Of a DNA stretch of 64,000 bases, positions 52,770-63,757 are shown one piece after another. The number at the start of each line of letters is the position of its first letter. The stretch's first letter is position 1. The stretch lies in assembly GCA_021513715.1 (NCBI GenBank), contig CP084167.1:1120001-1184000 (forward strand), read 5' to 3'. A model generated the notes under the pieces. The model was not told where the DNA came from and did no database searches. It saw only the letters and a list, made by a program, of their open reading frames with translations. The position numbers were made by a program, and so were the translations under genes. This DNA comes from Candidatus Heimdallarchaeum endolithica. Lineage in GTDB: Archaea > Asgardarchaeota > Heimdallarchaeia > Heimdallarchaeales > Heimdallarchaeaceae.

Positions 52770-53904
52770 ATAGCTTTAATTAAAACATTGAAATACAGGA
52801 GCCTAAATAGCCTTTTAAAGAGCATATAGATTCTTAAGGGTATTAATCCATACTTACTTGAAGGATAGTTATATGAGAAATCTAGCATCATTGCTTTTTG
52901 ATAACTTGTTACTAGGAAACAAATTGTTTTTCCATCGTACTTTGCTGAAGTTTCTTTTCCTTTAACTTGGTTAATAATATTCTTTACGATTGTAGGTGCA
53001 GAATAGTGGGAAACAGCACCAGCTTTAGAAGTAGTAGATCTGTACAGTCACCAATAGCGTATATATTAGGATGTCCTTTCACTTGTAGAGTGAATTTATC
53101 AGTTGGAATATATCCTTCTTTATCTCCTAAACCTGATTCTTTTATCACATCCTGTCCCTCGTGTATTGGGAGCAGAACAAGTTCATCATATTCTATCTCT
53201 TCTCCTTCAAAAGAGATGAATTTATTATTCTTAATATCTACTTTTTCATAATTACAGTATGGTACAAATTCTATTCCTCGTTTTTTATACATCTCTGCTA
53301 CAACAACAGCAGCTTCTTTAACAGTAAAAGGTACAGAAAGAGGATATAGAAATTTTATTGTTGTTTTATCTCTTAATTTTCTTTTTTTCAAATAGGAATC
53401 CAATATAAAAGTGAATTCCTCAGAATCTGGAGGACATTTATATGGCACAGTTGATGGAGAGATAACTATTGTTCCTCCATTAAATCTTTTTATCATCTGT
53501 CTAAACTTTTCTGTTGCTGAAGGACTATAAAAGTTATGAATATGTTGCTGTTCACTATATTTGAAATCTTTTTCTATATATTTCACTCCAGTTGCAAGAA
53601 TTAAGTAATCATAATATAGCACTGTTCCATCTTCTAAGATAACCTTTTTTTTCTCAGTTTCAACCTTTTTTGCTCGCATACCAATGAGATTAACTTTTTT
53701 CTTCACAAGTTTATGCATTAGTTTGTATAACTTTGACATTTTTTTATTATTAAACGCATAAAAAACTAAATCTGGTTCATAAAAATTATGATCTTTAGGT
53801 TCAATTAGAGTTATGTCTAGGTCATATTTTCTTGCCTTTTTTGTTAATTTATTAGCTATTGTAAGTCCAGAAAACCCTCCACCAATAACAATAATTCTAT
53901 TCAT
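52770..53904 (-). pseudogene. Sulfide:quinone oxidoreductase-like FAD protein, frameshifted
   Basis: GGGFSG, YKCPP, YAIGD; after a frameshift at about 53035 it continues TSKAGAVSHY...YDGKTICF; end approximate. Confidence 0.8.
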
Positions 53905-53910
53905 TAATCT

Positions 53911-54150
53911 TTACCTCTTCTTTCTAACAAGAAAACGATTATAACCGTCTTCTTTTATTATTGCAACAAGTTCATGTTTTGCTTTCTCGATCCAAGCAGG
54001 AATATCACTTAGAGATCCTTCTTCTGAACTTAAGAGCTCAACAACTTCACCAACTTCTGCTTGTCGTATTGCTTTAATTAATTCAATCATTGGACCAGGA
54101 CAATAACTCCCTCTTGCATCAATTGATATTGAGATTTCTTCCTTGCTCAT
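53911..54150 (-). CDS. tusA: Second TusA-family sulfurtransferase
   Basis: IDARGSYCPGP; start trimmed to ATG 54150. Confidence 0.88.
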   Translation of the reverse strand: MSKEEISISIDARGSYCPGPMIELIKAIRQAEVGEVVELLSSEEGSLSDIPAWIEKAKHELVAIIKEDGYNRFLVRKKR

Positions 54151-54311
54151 TTTTTTCAGCTTGTGTATTCCACGATTATGACACAATAATGCACAACCAT
54201 CATTTAAACTTTCTCTTGAACTAAAATGACAAATAGTAAAAATAAGAGAAAGACTTTTTTCTTTTATATCTTTCAAATAATTTTTAAGCGTTGGAAATAA
54301 AAAAATAAATA

Positions 54312-55946
54312 ATGAATAGAAAGCAAATTATTTCTATAATTACAATGGTATTATTCTTAAACGCGAATTTAATTTCAGCAGTTTCTGCTAAAAATACGCC
54401 GAAATATGTTTTTTCTACAGTGGAATCAAATTATCCCTGGATTTGGGAAGAGTTTTCTGAAGCTCCAAGAGATATACCAGGAGAAGATTTTGTTTACTGG
54501 GGAGCGTCACTTGGGCCATATCATAACTACACTGAAGTTACAAACAAACTTGTTGCATTGAATAATTCATTCCCAGAATTGGTAGAAGTTTTTTCAATTG
54601 GAAAAACTTGGGAGAACAGGTCAATCTGGGCTGTACGTTTAACTGATGAGAGTATTACTTCCTCTAAAACAGAGTATTATATTGTTGCTGCTCATCATGC
54701 CAGAGAAGTAATTACAGTGGAAAATGCTTTATACTTTATTGATTGGATCGTATTCAATTCTGTTTATGATACAACTTACGATGATTTACTTCAAAGTACA
54801 GAGATTTATGTTATTCCTATGCTTAATCCAGATGGTATCTCTATCTTACATTGGTATCCTGAACAACGTAAAAATATGGCTCCAATAGATGACGATTTAG
54901 ATGGAAGTTTAGATGATGAAAAGGAAAGGGCCTATTTCTGGAACACTGAAACAAATTCCTCAGATATTAATGAAAAAGACATTGATGGGAGTGGTTCTAC
55001 TGGTGAAGATAGACCAGGAGGAGTAGATCTTAACAGGAACTATGGAGCTTTTTGGGGAGATAGAGGTGCGTCTCCATTTAGGGTAGATGACACTTACCAT
55101 GGTTCTCATCCTTTCAGTGAACCTGAGACTAGAGCTTTACGTGATTTTATGTATAATCATTCTTTCAACTTCGCTATAAGTTTACACAGTGGTGTAGAAG
55201 CAATAATCGCTCCTTGGGGAATTAATGGTTCATTACCTGAAAAAGAAGAAGAAGAGTTCAATGCCCTATTACTTGAATTTAAAGACATTCTAGGCTTTCC
55301 TCTATGGAATGACACAACTTATGGTTATGTAACTTCTGGAGAATGGGGAGATTATGCATACTTATATCATAACATTAAAAGTTTTACAATTGAAACTTTT
55401 GGTTCACATTCTTATTATTGGACAGATTATTTCAACCCTGATGCAGATAAAGTAATTGATAATTGTGAGCACATTTTTCCATCACTACTTTTTCTTGCAG
55501 AGAACCCTCAACTTACATATACTAATAGACTACCAGAAATCGAGGTTAAAAACCCCTCAGACCCCAATCAAGTATTTGACAATTATACTATTCAGTGGAC
55601 TGCTTCAGATAATGATGGAGATAAACTTAACTTTTCAATTTTTGTTTCCCAAGATGGATTATATTGGAATCTACTAGCAACAAATGTAAATGGTTCTTCA
55701 TTCTTCTGGGATTTAGACAATGTTGAAGCAGGTTCATACTACATTAAGGTCGCTGTTTCAGACGGTAAAGTATGGGTACATGATGTGACAGAAGTAAAAC
55801 TAAATGTGAGAACAGATGTAAAAATGCAAAACCCTTATATTTTCTGGATAGTTGCAGGTTCTTTTGGCTTATTAGCTGTTATCTTTTATGCTCTAACCCT
55901 TAAGAAATCTAAAGATGTAATTAATGTATGGACAAAGAAAGAATAA
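54312..55946 (+). CDS. Membrane-anchored M14 zinc carboxypeptidase
   Basis: HHARE, NPDG, GVDLNRN, SEPET, SLHS; signal peptide and C-terminal TM. Confidence 0.92.
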   Translation: MNRKQIISIITMVLFLNANLISAVSAKNTPKYVFSTVESNYPWIWEEFSEAPRDIPGEDFVYWGASLGPYHNYTEVTNKLVALNNSFPELVEVFSIGKTWENRSIWAVRLTDESITSSKTEYYIVAAHHAREVITVENALYFIDWIVFNSVYDTTYDDLLQSTEIYVIPMLNPDGISILHWYPEQRKNMAPIDDDLDGSLDDEKERAYFWNTETNSSDINEKDIDGSGSTGEDRPGGVDLNRNYGAFWGDRGASPFRVDDTYHGSHPFSEPETRALRDFMYNHSFNFAISLHSGVEAIIAPWGINGSLPEKEEEEFNALLLEFKDILGFPLWNDTTYGYVTSGEWGDYAYLYHNIKSFTIETFGSHSYYWTDYFNPDADKVIDNCEHIFPSLLFLAENPQLTYTNRLPEIEVKNPSDPNQVFDNYTIQWTASDNDGDKLNFSIFVSQDGLYWNLLATNVNGSSFFWDLDNVEAGSYYIKVAVSDGKVWVHDVTEVKLNVRTDVKMQNPYIFWIVAGSFGLLAVIFYALTLKKSKDVINVWTKKE

Positions 55947-56073
55947 TTATTAAAAACACTACAAAACTAGTTCTTTTTTTTATCTTTTCAAAATATAAAA
56001 TTGATATAGATATTTTCAAGAAATGCATAAAGTTTATTAAAACAGTATTTATTTCTCTCTTATTGGGGTTTGT

Positions 56074-57171
56074 ATGGATTACTATCAAATTGCAAAGTTA
56101 GTAGAAGGTTCATTGCTATTATTTATCTCAGTTGTAACTCTCATTATAGGACGAAAGAATAGAAGCATTTTTTATGTTAACTGGTTTTTTTTCACTTTAA
56201 CATTTAGTGCTTATCAATTTGCATTATTCTTTGAATATTCTTATCAATCTGTTACTTTGTATCAAATAGTGCAAACAACGAGAGCCTTCTTTGTCACGAT
56301 TTTACTTGGAGCCACATTACAACAATCCCGCATTTTTCAAAGGAAGTCTACTTTTGTCTTTATGGCCTCTGTAGCCATTTTTATGCTCTATATTATTTGG
56401 GTTCCCTTAGCAATAAAAGAAACTGTAGAAACTTTTAGAGATGTTCAAGTTGTATTATTTCACACTATTAGAACAGATATTTTTGGTCTTATTTTTGGTT
56501 TTCTTATTATTCTATCAGCTACATTTTTACTACCTATTATTGTTAGAAATATTAATATTATGAGAAGTTCAAAATTTTCAAATAAACTAATTGCAAATGT
56601 AATTTTAACTTTGATAGTTATATTTTGTATATTTGCATTAGGAGGAGTAACAATTGTTAGAAGAGCACAAATGTTGTATGACGTTAAAGCATATAAAATC
56701 ACAGAAATTTTTGTAGAGGTGATTAGTGTTTCTTTAACATCAATTTACTTAAGTCAAAGTCAAAGCCATGGTATTCAAGCAGTATTAGTTGTAGATAGAG
56801 AGGGCAACCCCATTTTAGGATATTCACCTCTAAAACGTGAAAAAATTTCTTTTGAAGAAAAAATAATTGCTGCTTCTGGTTTTCTTTCTTCATTATTTAT
56901 GTTTGTTAAAAAGTATGTTGCTTCTTCAAAAAATGAAGAATTCAAGGAATTAAAAACTACCAACTCTTCTTTACTCTTCTATAGTGGAGAAAAGTTTTTT
57001 TTGATTGTTCAATCTTACCTTACAAGTACCCAACTAGATATTGTATCTGAAAGAGTTTTGAGTGAAATAGATTTTTATCTCTCTACTCTTCCTGTAAATG
57101 AAATGCCAAATGAACAACAACGAAATGATCTTTTCTTTTTATTAGATAAAAACTTCTATCTTCTCGCTTAA
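56074..57171 (+). CDS. Seven-TM protein fused to a C-terminal longin/roadblock-like domain
   Basis: About 7 TM then VLVVDREGNPILGY...AASGFLSSL. Confidence 0.7.
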   Translation: MDYYQIAKLVEGSLLLFISVVTLIIGRKNRSIFYVNWFFFTLTFSAYQFALFFEYSYQSVTLYQIVQTTRAFFVTILLGATLQQSRIFQRKSTFVFMASVAIFMLYIIWVPLAIKETVETFRDVQVVLFHTIRTDIFGLIFGFLIILSATFLLPIIVRNINIMRSSKFSNKLIANVILTLIVIFCIFALGGVTIVRRAQMLYDVKAYKITEIFVEVISVSLTSIYLSQSQSHGIQAVLVVDREGNPILGYSPLKREKISFEEKIIAASGFLSSLFMFVKKYVASSKNEEFKELKTTNSSLLFYSGEKFFLIVQSYLTSTQLDIVSERVLSEIDFYLSTLPVNEMPNEQQRNDLFFLLDKNFYLLA

Positions 57172-57212
57172 AGAAAAAATATAATCTTTTGATGAAGTTT
57201 TTTCTGTTTAAA

Positions 57213-57884
57213 CTATTTTTTTGTTAAAGTAATTTCTTCTTCATACAAATAAGGATAGGCTCTGAAAATTACATTCAGTTTTACAGCGGAGAAAAAGAAA
57301 AAGAACAAAGAAATTATTGCCAAACTTCCTGCGATGATATCCAAGATTGTAAAGTATGAAAAGTAAAATAATATATAACGAATTAGAATAATAAGAAAAG
57401 TAAGAGCTTGCAACAAAAAACCAACACTCATGAAATAATCTGGTTTTTTGATAACTTTTTCTTCTTCATGCTTGGCAGATAAATCTTGTTTTAAGTAAAA
57501 GAATTCTGTTGCACAAAACAAATTACCAATGATCATAAATATTAAGCCTAAAATTTCTAGAACATCAGACTTTTTAATTTCTTGAGTTGCAAAGAATAGA
57601 AGAGAAAAGAGTATTGATAAACTTCCAACAATAGAAAATATCCAACTCTTTTGTCCATATTTCCACTTTGTTTCTTTATTTAATGAAAATTCTTTTGAAG
57701 CATAACCTATACCTAAAATTCCTGTAACAATTACAAAATAAAGAAGATTTATTCCATTAAAGCCTTGATAGGGAACAGTCAACATACATTTATTCAGAAG
57801 AATTAGAAAAAGATAGAAAAAGGCAATAAGAAGCCCTCCATTTTTTATGAGATTAGAACTTTGATATTTATTCATTTTAATCAT
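57213..57884 (-). CDS. Six-TM membrane protein
   Basis: Hydrophobic ORF in a 3-gene overlapping run. Confidence 0.7.
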   Translation of the reverse strand: MIKMNKYQSSNLIKNGGLLIAFFYLFLILLNKCMLTVPYQGFNGINLLYFVIVTGILGIGYASKEFSLNKETKWKYGQKSWIFSIVGSLSILFSLLFFATQEIKKSDVLEILGLIFMIIGNLFCATEFFYLKQDLSAKHEEEKVIKKPDYFMSVGFLLQALTFLIILIRYILFYFSYFTILDIIAGSLAIISLFFFFFSAVKLNVIFRAYPYLYEEEITLTKK

Positions 57885-58557
57885 CTTCCAAATAGTCCTC
57901 TTGTTGATTATAATACTCTACTTTCGGTTTTCCTATTGAATAAAAGAAATAAACAAGATTCATAAAACCTAAAATTACAATAAAGTTAGAAACAAACAAG
58001 ATATATGAAGCAACATCTGCTAACCAATGTGGTCTAGAAACTAAATCACTTATGAGAAATTCACTAGTCCAAAGAAAAACATATCCAACAGAAGCTATAC
58101 TGTATCCATAAACTAGAAACAATCTTGGAACTACAGGAGAAACTTGTTCAGTATACAACTCTTTTTGTAATTTATATAGTTTAAAAAAACTTAGAATAAC
58201 AAAAATGTAGTATATCAATCCTGTAATTAATCTATAAACTTGGAAACCTACAAGGACCCAAACTGTTTTTTTGTTGTAAAGAAGATAGAGGATAATATTA
58301 ACAAAATCAAGAATAGAAACTCCAATTAAAGAGAAACTTACTAGTTTCCAAGATGAAATTCGATTTTCCATTATTTTTCCTATTCTATTAAAGCCTAAAG
58401 CTAAAAAGATAATAGATAAGTCAAAAGCCAATCCAATAAATGGAGCAATAGAAGCAAAATAAAAAAGTAAAGAAAAAATATACAATAAGAAACTGGCAAT
58501 TCCAGACATTAACAAGTGATTTTGTATTTCTTTAGAAAAATTATTCATCAACATCAT
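57877..58557 (-). CDS. Six-TM membrane protein
   Basis: Hydrophobic ORF overlapping its neighbours. Confidence 0.7.
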   Translation of the reverse strand: MMLMNNFSKEIQNHLLMSGIASFLLYIFSLLFYFASIAPFIGLAFDLSIIFLALGFNRIGKIMENRISSWKLVSFSLIGVSILDFVNIILYLLYNKKTVWVLVGFQVYRLITGLIYYIFVILSFFKLYKLQKELYTEQVSPVVPRLFLVYGYSIASVGYVFLWTSEFLISDLVSRPHWLADVASYILFVSNFIVILGFMNLVYFFYSIGKPKVEYYNQQEDYLEDD

Positions 58558-59464
58558 TCACCCTGTAGGGATTTTTTTCTCCACACTCTTCACAGAATAA
58601 AGCATCAGGATCTAATTCCACTCCACATTTAATGCAAAACATTTTCTTTTTTACAGAACTTTCTTGTTGTTCTGCAATTACAGAAGAATTTTTTTCTTCT
58701 AAACTTTCCAAAACAAAATCATCTTGTTTTTTAGTTAATATTCTGTCTATAAGTTCAGGAGGAATATTATCTAGGAGGAGAAATATTTTACGTAATTTCC
58801 AAAATCCTATCACGACAAATACTAAATAAGAGACCTCAACTATGCTTAATACAAAAAACATAGTCTTAAAATCTTGATTTAGAGTACCTAACAAATAATA
58901 TATTTTGGGAGGAGAAAGAATAAAGAAAGTGATTGCATTTTCGCTTGTAGAACTTATAATATATTTATTTGGTGGAAAAATAACATTTAGTAGATTATAA
59001 ATGAAAAATAGTACAAAACCTATTGAAAAAGACCAAGTAAGTTGGATGATATTTCGTTTATTTTTAACATGTTGTTCAGTAATATCGTGAATTATTATAC
59101 TACAGTAAATAAGAATAGAAGAATTAATAATATAAATAATTTGTAGAACTAGTACTATTTTATCTGAAAGAAAATTAAATTTGAAATCTATGTAAGATAA
59201 TAAAATTAAACTTGAGGAAATGATACCATAAACAGCAAGAAAGAGCACTAAATGATTGATAGACCTTTTTTTTTCTTCCTTATTAAATAACAAAAAGCCT
59301 ACACCAACCCAAATTATTGCTAATTGAGTAAAGAAACTGGGTAAAACATGAATAATTATTATTCTATATGAAACAAAAGCTTCAATAAAAGTTTGTAGGA
59401 TTATCGTAGCTACATAAATTAAAGTAGACAAAGTAATATGCTTTCTTGCATTTAATGTAATCAT
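58541..59464 (-). CDS. Membrane protein with C-terminal zinc ribbon
   Basis: TM helices then CIKCG...CEECG. Confidence 0.75.
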   Translation of the reverse strand: MITLNARKHITLSTLIYVATIILQTFIEAFVSYRIIIIHVLPSFFTQLAIIWVGVGFLLFNKEEKKRSINHLVLFLAVYGIISSSLILLSYIDFKFNFLSDKIVLVLQIIYIINSSILIYCSIIIHDITEQHVKNKRNIIQLTWSFSIGFVLFFIYNLLNVIFPPNKYIISSTSENAITFFILSPPKIYYLLGTLNQDFKTMFFVLSIVEVSYLVFVVIGFWKLRKIFLLLDNIPPELIDRILTKKQDDFVLESLEEKNSSVIAEQQESSVKKKMFCIKCGVELDPDALFCEECGEKNPYRVNDVDE

Positions 59465-59546
59465 AAGACGAAAAAAAAATTATTGTTTTTAAACTTATAT
59501 AAAAAGAAGAAAAGGAAGAAATAAAAAAGCTTGAGTTATTTTTGAT

Positions 59547-60089
59547 TTGATGAGATTATCTTCAACTCTATCTCTTATCTCAATGGTAATAGGCTTTCTA
59601 AGTGTATTAACTCCAGCTTGTTTTTATTTAGGTTATGGTACAAGTCCTGACCAGATTTTAGCTATGTCATGGATAGAGTTACATGAAAGCCCAGTTTTGT
59701 GGATATACTTGGCTGTAACTTTTATCGTTGGTGCTCATGACATAGAAATTCTACAAGGAATAGATTTTATTCGAAAATCAAATATCAAAATTTTGCGTAC
59801 AATTCTTTTAATAATTGGTGTGTTGATGGCTTTTTCATTAGAATTGTCAGTTAACGTATATTACTCTCAAGGGCCAACTTTCTGGAAGGAGAGTCTATTG
59901 TTTCAGATTCCAGATCATGAATTAATCAAAGAATTTGCATCAATTGGCTATTTTTTAATCAGGATTTGCAGGTTAATTCTAACAACAGCTGTAATCTTAG
60001 CTATATTTGACAGTTATACACCCTCTTATTATCGTAAACTTGCTCTTGATGCAAGAGAGGAATATACTAAAAGATATTTTGAGAATTAA
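59547..60089 (+). CDS. Membrane protein
   Basis: 4 hydrophobic segments. Confidence 0.6.
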   Translation: MMRLSSTLSLISMVIGFLSVLTPACFYLGYGTSPDQILAMSWIELHESPVLWIYLAVTFIVGAHDIEILQGIDFIRKSNIKILRTILLIIGVLMAFSLELSVNVYYSQGPTFWKESLLFQIPDHELIKEFASIGYFLIRICRLILTTAVILAIFDSYTPSYYRKLALDAREEYTKRYFEN

Positions 60090-60187
60090 TAGAAGATTAT
60101 CAAAATACAATTTGTTTTTTCTATTGAACGCTCATCTAAATTATTGAGAAGAAATTTAAACTAAAAAAAATAAATGTACATATCACT

Positions 60188-61255
60188 ATGACTCCTTCGA
60201 AATTCTACTTATCAATGTCCATTCTTGTTCTAGATGATCTAGGAATTGAATTACGCGTTTCTTCTGATACAAAAATTAGACAGGAAGATATTGTTCTTAT
60301 AGCTAACTTTTATTCTCCAATAATTGAAGCATCAAAATCAGAAATAGGTGTATTTGGCCCTCTACCTGTTCCTAAATATCAAGAGAAATATAACTTACTT
60401 GTTGCTTTGTTTGAGCACAATGATTCTAAAATAAAAAACAAACGTGCTCTTTCTAAAAATGGTCTAGCTAGATGTTTAGGACTAATAATTTATGAGAAAA
60501 AATATACAGAGAAAATCAATCTTGCTCATAGTTCTATTTTTGTAACAATTCAGAACTTTTTGAAAACTGTAGATGATCTTTCTTCTTTAACTGAAAATCA
60601 AGTTATTGAATTAAGTAATGACATTGTAAATACTATTCGTGAAAAAGAGAAAAATGTTAAATTAAAAAATATTGATGAATATATCTCTGAGTTATCTAAT
60701 CGCATAAATATGTTAGAGATGCTTGCAACAACTCTACAAAAAAGATTCAAAATAGGATTCTTCACTGATGATGATTTTGCCTATAAGTTGATTATTTCCG
60801 CTATTTTTGCCATTCAAAATATCGATTTGGTTTTATCTTATTCAATATCAGAATGGATAATTCAAATTCAAACATGTAACGGAGAATATTACATTTCAAG
60901 ACTCTATGATTTGGAAACTTTAGCAGAAATTTCAGAAATAAAAAATCTAAATTATGTAATATATCAAGGAAAATGTAATCTTGATAAAAGTCAAATTAGA
61001 AGACATTTTAGGAATATTGATAAAATAACAAAACAGAATCAAGATACTCAAGTAATTTTTACAACATCAAATGAGGCCTCTACTATTCCCATTGATGTAA
61101 AAAAAATTCTACTTGAGGAAGAAAAACAGAGAGAAAATGTTCTTCTTCTTGTTACAATAGGTGATATTTATAGATCCTTGGAGAACACATTATTCAAAAT
61201 TGTTAATGACTTATTGGAAAAAAGAGAAATACAGATTCAAGAGACTTACGACTAA
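60188..61255 (+). CDS. Asgard-type protein, FGPLPVP longin/uDENN-like N-domain with possible degenerate GTPase-like C-domain
   Basis: 355-aa ORF; motif recollection only. Confidence 0.45.
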   Translation: MTPSKFYLSMSILVLDDLGIELRVSSDTKIRQEDIVLIANFYSPIIEASKSEIGVFGPLPVPKYQEKYNLLVALFEHNDSKIKNKRALSKNGLARCLGLIIYEKKYTEKINLAHSSIFVTIQNFLKTVDDLSSLTENQVIELSNDIVNTIREKEKNVKLKNIDEYISELSNRINMLEMLATTLQKRFKIGFFTDDDFAYKLIISAIFAIQNIDLVLSYSISEWIIQIQTCNGEYYISRLYDLETLAEISEIKNLNYVIYQGKCNLDKSQIRRHFRNIDKITKQNQDTQVIFTTSNEASTIPIDVKKILLEEEKQRENVLLLVTIGDIYRSLENTLFKIVNDLLEKREIQIQETYD

Positions 61256-61273
61256 TCACAATCCAAATTGATG

Positions 61274-61801
61274 TCATAGTACAGTAAGGATTTTACTGGT
61301 TTGAATAAGATCCTTTACACATCTTACAAGCTGAGGTGTATCTGGAACTAATGAAAAAGAAACAGAAAGATCAATTTTATTTTTAATTATCTCTATCAAT
61401 GTTGTTACCTTCTCTGAAATCCTAAAAGTCTCTCTTTCAGAAAGGTTGTCTTGTACAATGTCTATAATGCTAATGAAAATATCTTTTTCTAATGCTTGAT
61501 TTAACTTGTCAAATAATTTTTCAGCTTTATTAAAGTGATCAAGGTTCATCCCTTCCAGAACAATAAGCAAGCCATGGCATAGGTTAAACAAGTGATTTTG
61601 AAAGAAATCACTCTCATATTCTAATATCAAGAATTGTGTTTTAAATTCCTCATTCTCTATTGTTAAATCACAATTAACTGGGTGATACCCGCCCACAAAT
61701 TCAATTTTTTCAGGAACAGGCGCAAAAGGTGATAATATTTTTCTTATTAAGTTGTTTTCTCCATATACTAGAATTTTAATCCTTTTGGCAAAGTGTTCCA
61801 T
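61274..61801 (-). CDS. Degenerate Ras-like small GTPase (pseudo-GTPase)
   Basis: 175 aa; IKILVYG strand without GKT, CHGLLIVLE in the beta4 position. Confidence 0.5.
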   Translation of the reverse strand: MEHFAKRIKILVYGENNLIRKILSPFAPVPEKIEFVGGYHPVNCDLTIENEEFKTQFLILEYESDFFQNHLFNLCHGLLIVLEGMNLDHFNKAEKLFDKLNQALEKDIFISIIDIVQDNLSERETFRISEKVTTLIEIIKNKIDLSVSFSLVPDTPQLVRCVKDLIQTSKILTVL

Positions 61802-61871
61802 AAATTTATCTTCATTTTTTCATTTTAAAAACTTTACCGACATATAAAAGCGTTAAGAAAATATTTTTAAC

Positions 61872-62819
61872 GTGAGTAAAAAATGCTACTCAAGAAGGGT
61901 TAGAACAATGATTGAGCTTCTTGGATTAAGCATTTTAGTTATTTTGGGATTATTCGGTTTAGGTCTCCTTATAGGAGCGATTTCTCCAACTTTTGGGATA
62001 GGAGGCGGATTACTTACTGTTCCTTTACTCATTTTACTTTACGACTTTTCAGGTGAAGTAGCTACAGCAACTTCGTTAGGTGTGATTATTTTTACTTCTT
62101 TAAGTGGAAGTTTAGCTTATATTCGTGAGAAAAGAATTGATTTCAAAATAGCTTTTGCTTTTATGATTTTTGCAATACCTGGTTCTGTCTCTGGAGCTTT
62201 AGTTAGTAGGTGGTTAAAGAGTCAGAACTATGAAATCGACTATTTTCAATATATTTTTGCAGGAACAATGATTGTTATTGCTATTTATAAAATTGCGACA
62301 ATATTCTTTCAAAGTAAAAACAAAACTTCAGAAAAGAATGTAGAAGAAAAAGTAGAAAACGAAAAAGAAGGATTGAAAAAAGTAAAATTAAGAGAAAAAT
62401 TCACTGTAACCAGATCATTTGATGACAAGCGTGGATTACACTTTGAGTATAAAACAAAACTCTTTCCTGAAGTAATTATTGCTTTTGTTGGTGGTTTTAT
62501 AGGTGCAATGCTTGGTTTAGGAGGAGGAGTAATTTATGTTCCAATTTTAACCATGGTTTTAGGAATTCCTGCAGGAATAGCTACAGCCACATCTACTTTT
62601 ACAATTCTCTTTGCTAATCCCTTTGCAGTAGCTCTACGATGGTCTTCAATACAATGGAATTATGTTCTTTTCCTTTCAATTGGAACAATAATATCAGCAA
62701 ATATTGTTCCCAAATTTTTGCACAAAATTAAATCAAAATGGATATTAACCGGTTTTTGGACAATAGCAATCCTTGCAGCAATTAGGTTATTGCTAAAAGT
62801 TTCAGGAGTTAATATCTAA
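61872..62819 (+). CDS. TauE/SafE sulfite exporter family
   Basis: GIGGGLLTVP and GLGGGVIYVP, ATATS. Confidence 0.92.
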   Translation: MSKKCYSRRVRTMIELLGLSILVILGLFGLGLLIGAISPTFGIGGGLLTVPLLILLYDFSGEVATATSLGVIIFTSLSGSLAYIREKRIDFKIAFAFMIFAIPGSVSGALVSRWLKSQNYEIDYFQYIFAGTMIVIAIYKIATIFFQSKNKTSEKNVEEKVENEKEGLKKVKLREKFTVTRSFDDKRGLHFEYKTKLFPEVIIAFVGGFIGAMLGLGGGVIYVPILTMVLGIPAGIATATSTFTILFANPFAVALRWSSIQWNYVLFLSIGTIISANIVPKFLHKIKSKWILTGFWTIAILAAIRLLLKVSGVNI

Positions 62820-62899
62820 CTCTTTGAGTTTTTTTTAAAGATAGCGAATAAAATCATCTATCCTTACACAAAACCTATAAAATCAAATAGAATTTTTAA

Positions 62900-63757
62900 T
62901 TGATTAAAATGGTTGAATTTATTAAAATCACTCCATCTGTTTATGCCCATGTTATGGGAGAAACAAGAGGAAACGTTGCATTCATTAATTTAAGAACATC
63001 AATCGCTTTTATTGATTCTGGGATATATCCAACTGTGGCAAAAGAGGCTAGAAAGGTTGCAGAAGAAACCACAGGGTTAAAAACCAAATATTTAATCATT
63101 ACTCATTATCATAGTGACCATATTCTTGGAAATCAAGTCTTTGAAGATTGCAAGATTATATCTTCTAAAGACACATATAATTTAATCAAAAAAGATGCTG
63201 AAGAACGTTTTTCAGAAGATAATATTAAAAAATATATTAAAGAGAATCCTGAACTCAGAGATAAATGGAAGGGTTTACGTATTGTTCTCCCCAATGAGAC
63301 TTTTGAAGAAAAGTATATCTTAAAAGAAGGAGAAAAAACACTTGAGATAGTTCAAGTGGGAGGACATACTAAAGGTAGCTCTTATGTTTATTTTAAAGAA
63401 GAAGAAGTGGTTATTGTTAGTGATTTGCTTTTTTCAGAAACATTTCCTTATGCTGGAGATGAAACTTCAGACATTCAGCAGTGGATAAAAGCTTTACAGA
63501 TTATAAAGAAATTACAGCCTAACATTGTAGTTCCTGGTCATGGACCTATCACCTCTGTAAAAGAAATAGATACATACATTCATTATTTCGAGGAGTTTGC
63601 AGAGAAAATAGAGAAATACGTTAAAGAGGATAAACCATTAGAAGATATTAACATTGAAAAAGACTTGCCTTCTTTTCCCTATCACGTTGATGAAACAAGG
63701 ATAAAAATGATGGTTGAACATGTTTATCATACAATAAAAGGAAAAATGGATAAATAA
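62900..63757 (+). CDS. MBL-fold metallo-hydrolase
   Basis: THYHSDH, GHT, SDL, PGHG. Confidence 0.92.
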   Translation: MIKMVEFIKITPSVYAHVMGETRGNVAFINLRTSIAFIDSGIYPTVAKEARKVAEETTGLKTKYLIITHYHSDHILGNQVFEDCKIISSKDTYNLIKKDAEERFSEDNIKKYIKENPELRDKWKGLRIVLPNETFEEKYILKEGEKTLEIVQVGGHTKGSSYVYFKEEEVVIVSDLLFSETFPYAGDETSDIQQWIKALQIIKKLQPNIVVPGHGPITSVKEIDTYIHYFEEFAEKIEKYVKEDKPLEDINIEKDLPSFPYHVDETRIKMMVEHVYHTIKGKMDK

